Virus record (IMG/VR): IMGVR_UViG_3300043395_000558 | Span: 2,919-66,918 of that record | DNA: 64,000 nt | Strand: one strand, 5' to 3' | Source: a virus | Notes under the pieces: generated by a model | What the model was told of the DNA's origin: nothing | Databases searched by the model: none | What the model saw: only the letters and a program-made list of their open reading frames with translations | Shown here: one piece after another, positions 63,826 to 64,000 of the stretch | How positions within the stretch are numbered: the first letter of the stretch is position 1 | Layout of the letters: the number at the start of each line of letters is the position of its first letter | Program-made: the position numbers and the translations under genes

Positions 63826-64000
63826 CTCGCACCTCCCAGGCTACGAACCCATGCAGGCTCGGGGTCTTTGACAACAGGCGGGGTCATCTTCTCGCTCGGC
63901 GGAGTCCAGCCGTACTTGCGCCACGTTGCTTGCACGTCAGCGCCCGATGTCCACTTGTACTCGGGATGCCCGACAGGTATCCAAGGTTTGGTTAGTTTTG
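63822..64000 (-). CDS. Hypothetical protein (5' end outside the window)
   Basis: Open frame ...DVQATWRKYGWTPPSE...; stop overlaps the next ATG. Confidence 0.6.
   Translation of the reverse strand, partial: KLTKPWIPVGHPEYKWTSGADVQATWRKYGWTPPSEKMTPPVVKDPEPAWVRSLGGAR

Larger units (their letters stand above)
1..64000. mobile_element. Tailed dsDNA bacteriophage genome (podovirus-like), partial or circularly permuted
   Basis: Terminase, portal, capsid, tail fibres, lysis genes, PolA and primase-helicase are present; dense gene packing with ATGA overlaps; no host housekeeping genes. Confidence 0.97.

Noticed and set aside
1-64000. tRNA/rRNA genes, integrase, alternative genetic code
   Set aside because: No cloverleaf or rRNA-like sequence recognised by eye; no recombinase motifs; genes are intact under the standard code

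Overview
This 64 kb window is most of a single tailed dsDNA phage genome with podovirus-like organisation (P22/T7-type portal, adaptor/nozzle and ejection proteins; no tape-measure, sheath or integrase seen). It resembles uncultured aquatic phages of Proteobacteria, but the host is inferred and not shown. There are three blocks. (1) 1-7051, minus strand: early/accessory small genes, an M28 peptidase and a putative replication origin. (2) 7536-49728, plus strand: packaging, head, tail fibres, lysis and ejection proteins, ending in a 2984-aa polyvalent protein. (3) 49703-64000, minus strand: primase-helicase, HTH protein, SSB, SNF2 helicase, Cas4-like nuclease, family A DNA polymerase and small genes. 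The most notable unannotated signal is at 7383-7514. A palindromic -10 box (AGTGTACACT) appears to serve both the terminase/late operon and a leftward ~97-nt terminator-ended sRNA. That sRNA carries UUUGCUUUCUCCUAU, the complement of the extended RBS AGGAGAAAGCAAA shared by many early and replication genes, which suggests a multi-target early-to-late translational switch. Other signals: two operator-like palindrome families, two structured RNAs, a recurrent [FYML]xxGG motif in virion proteins, a Tat-signal moron, and a collagen fibre next to a prolyl-hydroxylase-like oxygenase. All product calls come from motif recognition and synteny only; no database searches were run.
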